DNA of 64,000 nt from Octopus sinensis. Lineage: Eukaryota. Location: assembly GCF_006345805.1 (NCBI RefSeq), contig NC_042998.1, forward strand, positions 132,494,001 to 132,558,000. Reading direction: 5' to 3'. Numbering within the stretch: the stretch's first letter is position 1; each line of letters opens with the position of its first letter. The notes under the pieces were generated by a model that had not been told where the DNA came from, ran no database searches, and worked only from the letters and a program-made list of their open reading frames with translations. Below are positions 51,076-64,000 of this stretch, piece after piece. A program made the position numbers and the translations under genes.

Positions 51076-53519
51076 TTAAATGCTGGGGATTATTGTTAAG
51101 TCATCCTGCATATAGTTGCAACAGATTCTGTCATACAGACCTTGCTGGATGGATAATTGTTCAGAGTAAACAGTGTTTGTATATTATAGAAAAATTATGC
51201 CATAATGGCTTCATATAAGGGTATGCAATTGAGCATTGGATGCAGTGTAACAATCACTGCTACCATTGATTGCTTAGTTTCGCACAGTGGCATTTGGTTC
51301 AGATATTTCTTTCACAGTTATGTGTTTCTGGGTTGAATTCCACCTCACAACATCTTTGGTTAATAGCTTCTGTTACTGCAATCCACTCTGGTCAATCCAA
51401 TCTGATCCTTGACAAGGAAATTAGGTGGACAGAAACTGCAAGATCCCATTAGAGCACTATGTCGATAATTCAAAGGGCCAGGTTTGTCATGCCACACAGC
51501 GTTATGATAATTCTACCTGATGTGGTTTCTGTTGGCAAAAAAAAAAAAGTTTAATAATGTTACTGGATTTCAGTTTTTGAAATAAGAAAATTCTAACATT
51601 TCTCGTAGGCCATTCTTTGAAGAATGTATGCAAGTTGCCAGCTCTAATCAGGGCTGGACATGGCACAAGCTGTCAACTCACCACTGCAAAAGTAGATATT
51701 TTGGAAGTCCTCTTTCTCATTTGAAATCATGGAATTTATTTAAAAAAAAAAAAAAAAAAAAAAAAACCACTGAGTCAACAACACCAATGATATGTGCACA
51801 CAAAAGATAGATTTTTTATATTTGTTCTGTACCAGTGTGATAGCAATTTATTTGGCTGCTTGTGATCAAAGGTACTGATGAATGGGTCATCAGTGATTGT
51901 CTCTTGATTTCAGAGACTTAAGAAACAATAACAACAGCATCAACAACAATAATAATAATTATTATTATTATTATTATCATGTTGATGTTTATAATTGTTA
52001 GGACTTATTACCTTTTGTGTCAATTTTGAGAATAATCAAGTTACTTTCTTCATGTCACTGTCTTCTTGGTATTCCCCACCACTGCAATCATAACTAACCA
52101 TCATCAATCATCACCATCATGAACAATTTTTTTTGTTATATTTTTTATTAATATTGATGACAATCTGGTTCCTTTCCACCCCTATAAAGCATTATGAAAT
52201 ACCCTAAATCTAATATACACCTAGTGTAGCAACTCTCCATCCCAGTAAAACAGTAGTCCTCATACAAGAAGAAAATTGATAAAAATACAAACACCATACA
52301 TGAAAAGAAACCTCTTTTAATTGCTTGACCTTCTAAAAATAGCTGTCACATCTCCTTCAAATCACACCCTAATATGTTAAAAAGAGGAAGCGGTGCATTA
52401 AATAATGCAGTTCTAGGTGTACATAATATGAATCAAAGTTAGGATGGTCATGATTGGAATTCCTTTTATCATATGTCTTCTCAGTTGGTGCTGACCTGAG
52501 GTTAAACATCAACTTATCCTTCTTGTTCATCTTTTATTTAAAAAGACGACTTTCTCTTAGGCTCTGATATCATCTTTTTAAAAACCATCAGCAGTGGACA
52601 CAGCTGCATGGGTGACCAGGTAATCATGTCTACTTCTAATTATTACTACACTGTGTTTTCATGGAGCCAGGAGACTATGAAGTCATGGTATTTCATTGCT
52701 ACAAATACATGTGGTACCCCAACATCTATAATGAAGAAATTCAAATCTTAAGATGCCCTGGACCATTAGACTCATGCTCTCATTCTTGGCTTTTTTTTTG
52801 GACCAGTGACAAAAATCAGATTGAGATAACTGCTAGTACACCAGGAATGCAGTAGGATGACCAGGGTGTTCTATGTGAGTCATTGTGTTCTGGAATATAT
52901 AGTCTACTGTGAGATTGGGGGTTATTGTGTATCTGCCCACTGAAACTTGACCACTAATGCTTACGTTTAATCTTGGCAGTTTACCGAAAACTCAGTCTTT
53001 GTACGTATGAGGAGACAAGCCAAGAATTTCACTGAGAATGTAAAACTTGTTGCTGTCTTCCACCTTGTTTAGCCAGCTTGACAATGTCATTGCCTAGGAG
53101 ATAAGCACTCTACTGCATGCCAGTAATTTGTGAAGCTGCAGGTGAGAACTGGGTGACCGGTGGAAGCCAGTGGCAGACAAGCTGTCCCCTCTTCATTCTA
53201 CCTTTCTACATCATTGTGCAGTATTGATTCGGTGACTCATCGAACCAACAAGCACTGAAGATTTTTTGTTTTTATTTCTTCTGAATAATTTAACTCGATG
53301 TCACTGATTCAATATGAAACCTACTGCGAACGAATATTTCATTCTGCAATGTTCGTACCTTTCTCTGAAGCTTTAAAAGGTTTAAGTGAAATAGTAACAA
53401 TAAAAAAAATGCAAGCTCTACTCTCTTATATTGCTGCAATCATAAACATATGTCATTTAAGCAGCAACATTGTTTAAAGGTTCATTTTTCTCATGCTGGT
53501 ATGAGGTGAACAGCTTTGT

Positions 53520-54030
53520 TCATCTTGCATTTTACCAATCCACATCGACCCAACCCCCCCATCTTTTCTCTCCCCCCTTGTTAAACCCAATATTCTCAGA
53601 TCTCTTGCTCTCTCACCACCTCTTCTTCTAGCTCTTCCTTCATCGTCCCCCAGCAATGATCGCATCAGCATTTCTTTAATCCAGCAGCACGTGTCCTCCA
53701 TTTACCATCACATGTCCAAACCAGCACAGCTGACTCTCCTGCACACATCAGCAGTGGGCTGGTTTCTTCAGCACCTAACAGCAGCAGGTTTCTCAGCTTA
53801 CTTGCATTTCATTGTTCATACAAATTTATGCTGCACATGCAGTAAATCATACTTGACTCATTTCTCTCTTGCATCTTCAGTTTTTGCAGTCGATGCTTTA
53901 TACCTTACTAACTTGCAGCTTTACATTCCCTATGCATGCTTCACTCGTCTGGATGCCCAAAAGTATATTGCTTTAAACGTAGGCTGTTCCTTGGGGTTAT
54001 AGAAGCTGGTACTGGACTTTGTTACACAAT
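53520..54030 (-). mobile_element. Degenerate RTE-clade LINE fragment (RT C-terminus)
   Basis: - strand reads ..LCWFGHVM.. followed by a decayed GRxR-type segment (cf. RLRWFGHVxRM...GRPR) and 3' sequence similar to family C. Confidence 0.6.
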
Positions 54031-54669
54031 CCTTAAGTGGATAAGAGAGAGTGAGAGAGAGAGAGAGTTATTGTTTCACTGGATAGGTTGCCAGTCTGTT
54101 GCAGGTTAACATTTTCAGAAGGTGAGTTCTGCATATTTTCTCCTCTGCAGGTGGGTGTACAAATTCTACAGAAAAGGCAATAATCCCAGATTTTATTTAT
54201 TCCTATTCTCAATTATTTTCAAAAAGTGGATGTACAAAATCTGTGGTGATGAGTAAAGGTGACAAGGATCTAGCTCTCTCTATCTCACTCTCACTCTCTC
54301 TTTCTCTCGCTCTCTCGCTCTCTCTCTCTCACACACTCACACACATATACACACACACACACAAAACCATTATGGATTTGAATTGGGGAATGATAAAATC
54401 TCATCAAAAATGGGATGGTTATTTACTAATGATAGCAGAAAATCCTCATAAAAATCTACCCCCCCCCCCCCAATGTTTACTGCAATTAGGTATTCAGATG
54501 CCGTAATGTCCAGCTAGAACATTTTAAAACTATTAGCCTCCTTCTTTTGTGTGTGTGAAAGATATATGCAGCACAATCTAATCTCCATTTATTATCAAGG
54601 GCTTTGTATGTTTGCCCTCAAGCTGGATTTGCACTTACTCAATGTACCGATGCAGTGGACTATTATTCT

Positions 54670-54872
54670 TTTATCCTTTTACTTGTTTCAGTCATTTGAT
54701 ATATATATATATGACTGGCGTCTTTCAGTTTCCGTCTACCAAATCCACTAACAAGGCTTTGGTCAGCCCGAGGCATATATAGCAGAAGACACTTGCCCAT
54801 GTGCTATGCAATGAGACGGAACCTGGTACCATGTGGTTGGGAAGCAAGCTAATTACCACACAGCCACACCTA
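54670..54872 (-). mobile_element. Family B SINE
   Basis: tttcagtttccgtctaccaaatccac...agcagaagacacttgccca...gggaagcaagct..taccacacagccacacc. Confidence 0.85.
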
Positions 54873-55281
54873 TGCCTATTAGTACAAATATACATCATTT
54901 TAAGGGATATGTAAACTCATTTGCATCAGTGGTTGCCTTAGTGGACTGTGTTTGGCACAAGGTTTGTTCTGACACAACAGCATATTGTCATTTAGCAATT
55001 TGGCAACCTATATAGAAATATGTAAAAATCAAAAAAAAAAAAAAAATTCACAAATTTGCATGTGTAACTCTGGGTACAGGTATAGCCAAATGGTCATGCA
55101 AATGACTTCATGTTCAAGAGCTACAAGGTTTGATTCCTCAGCATGAAACATTAAGCAAGTATCTTCTGTACAGCTTCGGTTCAATCAAGTTTTGTGAGGG
55201 AAAGCAGGTAAAAGAGGAACATTATGGAATTCCCTCCGATGGACACAGCCTATAACAGGAAAGGCTCACCTCGTTACTCAC

Positions 55282-55298
55282 CGTCATGTTGACCCTTT
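55282..55298 (-). other. Candidate short exon carrying an ATG (antisense to the main + strand signals)
   Basis: tttctattcttcaatcctCAG|aaagggtcaacATGACG|GTGAGT with a second donor gag|GTGAGC 12 nt further. Confidence 0.25.
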
Positions 55299-55439
55299 CT
55301 GAGGATTGAAGAATAGAAACATCTTTTAAATACTTAGTCACTTTTATAGTAATACGTTGAGAAGGTAGTTCAATTGATAAAACGCCATCATCAGAAACAA
55401 CAAAGAATTCATTTACACACACACACACACACACACACA

Positions 55440-55483
<44 letters not shown>

Positions 55484-57654
55484 ACACACACACACACCAC
55501 ACTGATGTGTATGTATGTGCATATAACTATTTATGCAGACTGATATCAGAATCTGTAGTGAGTTACACAAGCTACTTTGTGGCATTTGGTTACATCCCTT
55601 TATATGTGTCATATGTATGATAAACATGATTACATATCCAGATATATAATCCTGTTTGTTTTACATATGATGTGTGTGTGTGTGTGTTGCTGGAGTACAG
55701 TGACACCTGCATAAACCCTCCCTTCCTGACATCATCATGTGACAAGGTTCTGTGTGCTTTAGAGAAGAGCAATCAATATATCACATTGAAAGGTCAGCAC
55801 CATGCTGTTGATAGAGGTGAGCTTCACTGTTGTACTAAATCTTTGACCCACTTTCAGTTCTCACTTGAAGATTCTCTCCAGTTATATCAATTCATTTTTC
55901 TTTTTCTTTTTGTAAATAAAACTTCACTCCACAGACATCTCATTAACCCTCTCACTTTGGTTATGTTTTTAAAAAAGGTGCTTGACTTCCCATCATGTCA
56001 GTAACCACCCATCTGTATTTTTCTAACAGTTAAATACAAGATATGTTCTGCCCTTCCTTCAGTTAATTATGGGAAACAGAAAACCTGGTTGTGAACCAGG
56101 CAAATTGTTATACTCCATTAATTCTGTTTAATGTAAAAATTCTATGTAAACACAAATACACACACACACATATACTAATTATATTCCTTTTCCAAACATG
56201 TAAATGCTTAAATCAAACTATTTCCTAGTATCTGTACGTATGCTTGCATGCACACACACACACACACACAGACGTACACACTATTCCAATACTGCTTATA
56301 AGGTGCTATTCCATTTCAGTTTAGCCTTTTGTTTTTCTAACACCGCACTTCAGAATGTTTACATGTTTTTTACTCTCCATTAGAGCTGAGCATCCCTTGT
56401 TACCCAAGTCTAACTTCACCTTAGCTATTTCATTCAGTCTCCCAATATCTAATATTTACTTCTGAGCACAGCAAGCATGTATGCCATAGCTTGTATAAAA
56501 TTCAGTCTGAAGTCAATTTGCACCAATCACCAGGGACACATCTGATCACAACTGGTCAAAACACTTGACTCTGGTTATTACATTAGTGTGCTGGGCAAAA
56601 AAAAAAAAAGGAGGTAACAAAAAGAAGAGGACATCATAGCTGACAATAAAAAAAATAGTAATGAATGTAATAGATGGTACCAGATCTTCTGGAAAACTTC
56701 TTTCTGTCATGTTTTTGTATTTTTTTAAAGTAAAGCTTTGTCTGGAACCTCATTTGCCACACAAATTTACTTTTTGATTTTTTGCACATTTGATAAACAT
56801 CTATGCCATGTATTTGTCAAAGAGACACTCATTGATTGATTGGATGTGACAATGATTGGGAGAGAGCTTAGCAGTCTCGGGAGTCGATTATGTATCAATT
56901 TGCCAGTTTGTGTTGGCACAGGGAGAACTATAATGTTAAGCGAGAAATAAATGTGTGTCGATAGGAAAAAGGACTAGATCAATCAATGACTTATACTGTC
57001 TCTAATTTAAGCACAAGACCAGCAATTTTGAGGAAAATAGGTAGTTGATTACATTGACTCTAGTATTTGAGTAGTACTTTATTAACCCCCAAAAGGATAA
57101 AAGGCAAAGAGATTTGAAGTTGACTTTGCTTTTCTTCCTTTCTGAGTTGATATTGGATATTACTTTTTTAAGTTTCCTAGGAACGTAAGGGAGGCATCTT
57201 AACTGGTTTTATCTGTGTGATTCCATCAGCAAAGCATAAAATTCACTCTACTTACCTGAGCTGTGATGAGTGAAAAACTAAATGAATAAGGTTTTATATG
57301 TGTAGGTTTAGGAAGACATCAGAATAACTCGAGCCCATCATTCTTTTGTTATTCATCTTTCCTACTGAGAAAGATCTCAATAAATCAGAAATAAATATAA
57401 TCTATATTAGATGAATACAAAAGAGCCTCACCCTCCCCAAAAATCTTTTATTCAAAAAAGAATATTCCTTTTCGAATTATTTTCTTTCTTGCTTGTTTTC
57501 TTGAGGAAAAAATGAAAAAGAAAAATATCCTTCAAAATTAAGAAACAGTAAAAAAAAAAAAATTAAAAAATTAAAAATTATTGCCTTTCTCTTGCAACTT
57601 CTCTTTCGTCTATCTTTAACATATCTTTTCTTCCCTCTTTATCGTTTGCTATAG

Positions 57655-57738
57655 CCAACAACACAGTAGCTTGAACCCTGCACTCCGCGCTCGTTTCGAT
57701 GAAGAGATTGACCGTTTATACAACGTGGCTCCGGACAG
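57655..57738 (+). CDS. Internal coding exon of an unidentified gene (84 nt, phase 2-2)
   Basis: Long pyrimidine tract (tttaac...ttccctctttatcgtttgctatAG|), donor CAG|GTCAGT, open frame QQHSSLNPALRARFDEEIDRLYNVAPD(R/S) with natural composition; other + frames hit stops; CpG-rich relative to flanks. Confidence 0.62.
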
Positions 57739-60608
57739 GTCAGTGTGGGTATTTTGTTTCTTTCTGCTCTCTATGTAACATGAACATTTAGGGAAAGGGG
57801 GGAGAGCTGAGTGACTGTCGTGTCCATTTCTCAAGATGCCCAAGTTGCAAATTTGATTGTCGAACCTTTATTTTAAAAGAAATGTTTTTTTCCCCACCCA
57901 TCCATCAACTTGTAAACCATCATTACTCTCACATATCCGCATACATAAGATAACCTAATGAAAGATTGTAGGAATCAGAAATAGAAGACTATCAACAGTG
58001 AGGTCTCCAGTTTGTGTTAATGAATAACTTCAACTATATATTATAATCATTTTGATGGCTACTTTTCCATGCTTGCATTGGGTCAGACAGGAGTTTGTTG
58101 GGGCAGAAGTTTCTACTGTTGGATGCTGTTTCTTATACCAACCCCACCATCACCTTTTTTCCACATGAATTAATAATCTCCCAGTGTATTAAACAACAAA
58201 ACAGCCTGGACTTGGTTACACAGAAAACTGGCTGCAAGTGATTGTGTATGAATGCGCCTTTTGCTTACAAAGATCACACAACATGCCCACATGTGCTTTC
58301 ACAGCGTATTGCAAGCAAATGTTACCATCTGCATGAAACAGTGAAGCCATTGTTTACAACCACTGATTATGCAGGAAGATAAAGAGGAAATACAAACTCA
58401 CTAACACAACACACACTCACACACACAGCTGGATCATTTCAGTTTCTGCCAACCAAATTCACTCACATCTTTGCCATTCACCATGTATTTAGTGCACCTA
58501 AACACATGTTCTCTGGCACAAGCCTTCCTCAAAGAACATGAGAGAAATGGGGAAAAGCATGGGGTGGCAACTCAGTTTTTAATGAATAAATTCTATACAC
58601 CCAAATTTATATTATCAGCCAGACAGACTGCTGTATTCCCATTCAGTGGAAGGTGCTTGTTTAGCATCTTCATTCATGCTAGTGCTACAGAAAAAAGCCC
58701 CAGTGCACTTTCTAACGTGCTTGTCATTAGGAAGGGCATTCAGCTGTAGAAACTATCAAAACCAAGGCAAGACTTGATACTTGTATCTGTTGGATCTTGT
58801 CAAGCTGTATGGAAAGTGGAGGTATGGAGATGGTGGCGGTGGTGTAATGGAGATTGCAGCAAGATGATGATACCAGTATGGAAAGTGGAGGTGAAATGAT
58901 GATGTTTTCATAGATATATCGATACAATTTAATACCAATGAGTTTATTACTATATCAATTTAGCCTTTTGTTTTCCGTTTTCTTTTTCATTCCACAATTT
59001 AAAACATTAACATGTTTTTCATCTCCACTTCCGTAAGACAGAGCATTATATTGTTTCCCAAATGCAAAACTACTTTGTATGTGTGTTTGTGTGTGTTTGT
59101 GTGTGCGTGCACAGAAGAAATTGGAAAACTGAATTGTAATGTAAAATAAGGTTTTGTGACATTGGAAAATAAGTCCAGTAATTGTTGTTAGGCATACAAT
59201 ATTTTCAGTCATATATAAAATCATGCGCATACACAATCTGTTTGTCCATGCTTACATAAACGGTATGATTTATCTATTAGAAGATTTTTTAAAAATATTT
59301 TTAATGTTTAATACCTTTCTTACTGCTAGCCACTTGGTCATGAAACAAGAGTGGACTGTTATTGTTGTTCTTTTTCTGCACCTCTCTCTCAAATTGGGTA
59401 ACCTTTTCCAAGAAGTGGGCTGCACTACTAAAAAAAAGTTCAAGGCAATGTTTCGTTGGTGTATCGTTCAGAAAGTCCCTTGGGCTGCAATTTGCCTTAG
59501 ACTGATGTGGACTCTCTATCAATCAAGGAAACAAACATTGTAAAAATTTGTGGTGACTTAATGTTTTGGGTGGTCGGGTAATATTGGTGGGTGGGAGAAG
59601 CATGATGGTGAAGTGTGTTCATTCAAATGAAACAAAACGAAATTTTTTAAAAAAATTGCTTTTGATATCTCAGAAACTCTTCACTCTCCATTGCCACTAG
59701 GTTATGTTGACCTTATTGAATTCTGAAATTTGCAAGATCCACTTTGGAAAGATGGCAAAGAAAATCTCTTATGTAATAAGCTATTATCCATTACACTCCT
59801 ATTTCCCCACTCTTTTCAAATTTTCGTTTCATCGGTGAGAAAAAACAACTACAACAGAAGCTTCAACGAAAGTGCTGCAACAGCAGCAGTAACAACAACA
59901 GCAACAGCAGCAGCAACAATGCTGCAGTCAATAATAATCACTTCGATTTTATTCCATTCCTTCCATCCCTATCTGTGTGGGTGTGGGTGTCGATGGGTAT
60001 CTGTAGTTTATTTTACCTTTCTTTTCTTCTTTTTCTTCATTTGCTGTTATATTCTGTGTTTTCAACCACCACTACCACCATCCCTATCAAACCTTACCAC
60101 CATCTCTCCACCACACCACAATCATCGCCGTCATCTTCATCATCATCATCATCATCTCGCTGCAATCTCCACTACACCACCGCCACCATCTCCATACTTA
60201 CCACCACACCATTTGCGTCTCCCTCTATATCCACATCACCAACTCCATCTCCACTTGCATCCAAGGTTTCTCTGTCTTTTGGGGTGCATTACTTTACATT
60301 GCCTTATTGCAAATTCAACAGAATTTTTGGAGGATTGGATATGATGATGATGGTGGCTGTTGTGGCCGGGTGGTCTTAACAAAAGTAACAGTAGTTGTAG
60401 TAATAGTAGTGGTGGTGATGTTAATCTGGGCGATTATAGTGCTCAACCATTGTAGTGGTGATGGTTGCAGTAATAGCAGATATAGTGTTGTTGCATTTAA
60501 GCTCCACTAAATCCTTGGCCAAGGAGCCTATGGTCAAAGCTATCTTCACAATACCCTTGTTTTATTCAGATATACTTTATCCAGCTTTACATCTGCTGAT
60601 GTTTTTTT

Positions 60609-60642
<34 letters not shown>

Positions 60643-61149
60643 CCTTTTTCTTTATATACAATATCTGTACACCACTTCAAACAATCTATATATGTGGCCT
60701 GACTGTGTCCTGTGCCAGTGGAACGTAAAAGGCACCGTTCAAGCGTGGTCAATGCCAGTGGCACATCAAAAGCACCATTCGAGCGTGGTTGATGCCAGTG
60801 CCGCCTGACTGGCACATGAAAAGCACCCACTACACTCTAGAAGTGGTTGGTGTTAGGAAGGGCATCCAGGTGTAGAAACCTTGCCAGATCAAATTGTTTA
60901 TTTACTCAAGCATCCACATGTGTATGTAGGCATGTATATATGTGTGTGTGTGCATGTCTGTGTATATGTGTGTGTGCGTTTATACTTACACATGGACACA
61001 TGAATTGGCAAGATGTGAAGGTATACACATAAATGTTTTTATAACTATAGGTAGCTACCAAATACACCTGTTATTTCCTTGTGTATGATAGGTTGATAAT
61101 TACACATACAAGTAAACATTACCATTTCACATTGATACTGAAATGGTAC

Positions 61150-61356
61150 AAGGCGGTGAGCGGGCAGAACTGTTAGCACGCTGGGCAAAGTGCACAGGGG
61201 TCTTACGTTCTGTGTTCAAATTCTGCCAAGGTCCATTTTTGCCTTTTATCCTTTCTGAGTCAGTATAATAAGTACCAGTTCATCACTGGGGTTGATGTAA
61301 TCGACCCCCACCACCACCACATCCTGAATTGCTGGCCTTGCACCAAAATTTGAACC
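61150..61356 (+). mobile_element. Family A SINE, well preserved
   Basis: aaggcggtgagcgggcagaactgttagcacgctgggcaaa...gttcaaattctgcc...ataagtaccagtt...ggccttgcaccaaaatttgaa. Confidence 0.85.
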
Positions 61357-62038
61357 CAATATTTAAATGGCACCTTACGGGACACATCTATATATGACTG
61401 TATCAACTTGTGTGTTGTGTCTCTTGGTAAATATATGTGCCTCTGTGTGTGTGTGTGTACGCATACACAAACACACACATTTGTGCAGAAAGTCTATACT
61501 TTAGTACAGTTATTGAGTGGTTGAGAAACCACTTTACTTAATCCTCCCTCTTCCTTATTATCTATTTCTTCCACCACCACCACTGTTTTTAATTCTCATC
61601 CTTTCCCCCTTTCTCTTACTCATCCTCCAAAGTAACCTTTATAATTCTGAAATTCTTAAAATATATTTCTTCAGCATTTCAGGTTTTCCATTTGTCTGTC
61701 TAGTTATCCATGTCTGTCTTCCTATTGGTGTGTCAGTATTTCCTCTATTTATCCAAGGCATCTCTTATGTGTTTTTTCATCCTCATCATGTCTATCTGTC
61801 TTAGCATATTTATCTACATGCTTTTTTGTCTGCTTATATCTCTGCCTATTTTCTAGTATTTCTCTGTGTGTGTGTCTGTGTGTCTGTGATTATATGGGCT
61901 TCATTCTTTTGCTGTTTTGATTCATTGGACTGCAACCATGCTTGGGCGTTATCTTTTGGTATTGTGGTTATCTCCCTTCAGAGTTACCTCTCTTTTAATA
62001 ACTTAATTACTGCAAAGTGTTGACACTGGTATGCATGC

Positions 62039-62069
<31 letters not shown>

Positions 62070-62149
62070 AATGCACGCACACACAAATACACACACACGC
62101 ATATTAATATCTATAATGTGCTACCTGCCTATTTACTTATCTCTGTCTG

Positions 62150-63030
62150 TCTACATCACATATTTCAGTGTCAACAATCTCTCTCTCCCTCCCTCTCTCT
62201 TGCTCTCTCTATCCCCCCTCTCTCTCTCTCTCTGTCTCTCTCTCACATACACACACACACACACAGTGTACATTGAGCTTCCACATTCAGCATTTCTTGA
62301 TGCTGTATTACAGACCTCTTAGTAGAAATCCAATGTCTTTCTGCCATTACCATTCACTTCTATCTTTCATCCACCCTCCCATTATTCCTCTTTAAACTCT
62401 CTCTCTCTCTCTCCCCTGATCATTTTCCTTTTAATCTCATACAGAACCACCACCACCACCATCCTCCTCACTCTCTTTTCTAATTTACTTTCCTACACTA
62501 CTTCCTCCTCTTCCCCTTCCTCCTGTCCTTTCCTATCCTCCACTCATCACTCTCTGTCTCTCTCTCCTTTTATTACTCTCTACTCACTATCAATCCACTG
62601 TCTTTCTTTTAACACCTCTCTCTACCCCTCTCATTACACTGCCTTTCTTTCTCTTTCATCACTACCCTTTCTCTCTCTCATCACTTCTATTTCCTCTCTT
62701 CACTATCCTCACTCCTCCACCTACCACTATCCACTTCTCTCTTCCTCTCAGCTCTCCCCTTTGCTCTCTTTCATCTCACATTCTTTCCTCCCCTTGCTCT
62801 TCCCTGTGTTCTCATTCACTTTGTTCTCTTTTTCTCTGCTCTCTAACTCTTGCATATTTCATTGCGCTCTCTTTCTTTGCTCTCTTTCTCTTTGCACACC
62901 CCCCTCCACTCTTCTTCTCCATGTCCCCCTCATCTCATTGCTCTCCTTTCTTCCACTCGCCTCCTCCTTTGCTCTCTTATCTTTTGCTCTCCTCCCCCAC
63001 CACACCTTCCCTCCGACCGCCATCACTTCC
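62150..63030. repeat. About 900-bp polypyrimidine/(CT)n low-complexity tract
   Basis: Nearly G-free + strand; source of the L/S/F-rich pseudo-ORFs. Confidence 0.85.
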
Positions 63031-63079
63031 CTCAATATTAAAATCAATCAACCTCAAATATATTTGATGTTTCATCTGG

Positions 63080-63837
63080 AATTGATTAATGTGCATGTGT
63101 ACGTGCAGTGTGTGCGTGCAGTGAGTGTGAATATATGTATGACAGTGTGTGTGTTTGTATGCGTCTGTATTTTGCATGTCTCTGTTTGTGTATGTATGTA
63201 TGAGTGCCTGGTGTGTATAATGCCCCTATTCAACGTATTGATTCTGAATGTTTAATTATGTATATGTGTGTGTGTGTGTATATTTATATATATATATATA
63301 TATATATGCGTGCGTGTGTGTGTGTGTACAAAATTAGAATTGTGTCTAGAATGCATGCAGTTAGAATGGTTTGATGTGTTTGTGTATTAGAGTGTCTGAG
63401 TGTATGTGTGTGTGTATATGTGTTGATGTGTAATTGCAATCCATGTTTATAGTGTGTGTGTGTGTGTGTGTGTGCATGTGTACATATGTCTGTCTGTCAC
63501 ATGTTTGATAAGTTGTATATGTTTTAGATTATGCATGCAAATATGTGCATGTGTATATGCATGGCTGCATTAGGATGTTAAGTTTATGTTGATGTTTTTC
63601 AAACTATGTGCGTATTGTGTATGCATGTATAATATAATATATAATGCATGAATATATTATATACATGCACACACGTCAATACATATATGCGTGTGCATGT
63701 GTCAAAATATGCATATGTACATGTACACATATACATATATTGGCATACATCAATGCATATATATATATATTTGTGTGTACATATACTTATACATCAAAAT
63801 ATACATACACACACACATATGTACATACATAGAAGCT

Positions 63838-63871
<34 letters not shown>

Positions 63872-63935
63872 CGTGTATGCACATATGTTTATACATACAT
63901 GAATATGTAGACACATGCATATATATACATATACA

Positions 63936-63978
<43 letters not shown>

Positions 63979-64000
63979 ATATGCGTGCGTGTGTGTGTGT
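63080..64000. repeat. Degenerate (TG)n/(TA)n/(CA)n microsatellite field
   Basis: Direct inspection. Confidence 0.9.

Noticed and set aside
54105-54156. 3-nt microexon (ttttcag|aag|gtgagt) and adjacent ctgcag|gtgggt site
   Set aside because: Lies in sequence resembling a SINE core (ggataggttgccagtc...gcagg) beside an RTE relic; the two sites are only 29 nt apart
59730-60379. 204-aa and 134-aa ORFs with poly-A/T/H/P tracts
   Set aside because: Driven by trinucleotide low complexity; no domain or convincing splice sites

Overview
This is eukaryotic, AT-rich, microsatellite-dense animal DNA, most likely from an octopus/coleoid cephalopod. That call rests on my recall of octopus SINE and MITE families, not on a database search. 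There is no prokaryotic operon, CRISPR array, rRNA or true tRNA gene. Almost all entries in the ORF track are artefacts of (TA)n, (TATG)n, (CTAT)n, (CA)n, trinucleotide or pyrimidine tracts. The only clear protein homologies are dead retroelements: a Penelope-like remnant (about 1.9-2.9 kb), a 5'-truncated CR1/L2-type LINE (29.3-29.9 kb) and an RTE remnant (53.5-54.0 kb). The rest is a mosaic of at least four SINE-like families, TTAA-flanked piggyBac-like MITEs, a mariner MITE and Helentron/DINE-like elements, with one 100-N gap. The window looks mostly like long intron(s) of an unidentified gene. The best host exon is a frame-preserving 84-nt + strand exon at 57655-57738. Other notable + strand splicing signals are a textbook recursive-splice-type site (polypyrimidine-CAG|GTAAGT) at 37379/37380 and microexon candidates of 9 nt (43299-43307) and 15 nt (38687-38701). 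Several inverted repeats could form dsRNA (ADAR substrates). A few exon-like elements also occur on the - strand. All splicing and editing calls are sequence-based hypotheses that need RNA-seq.
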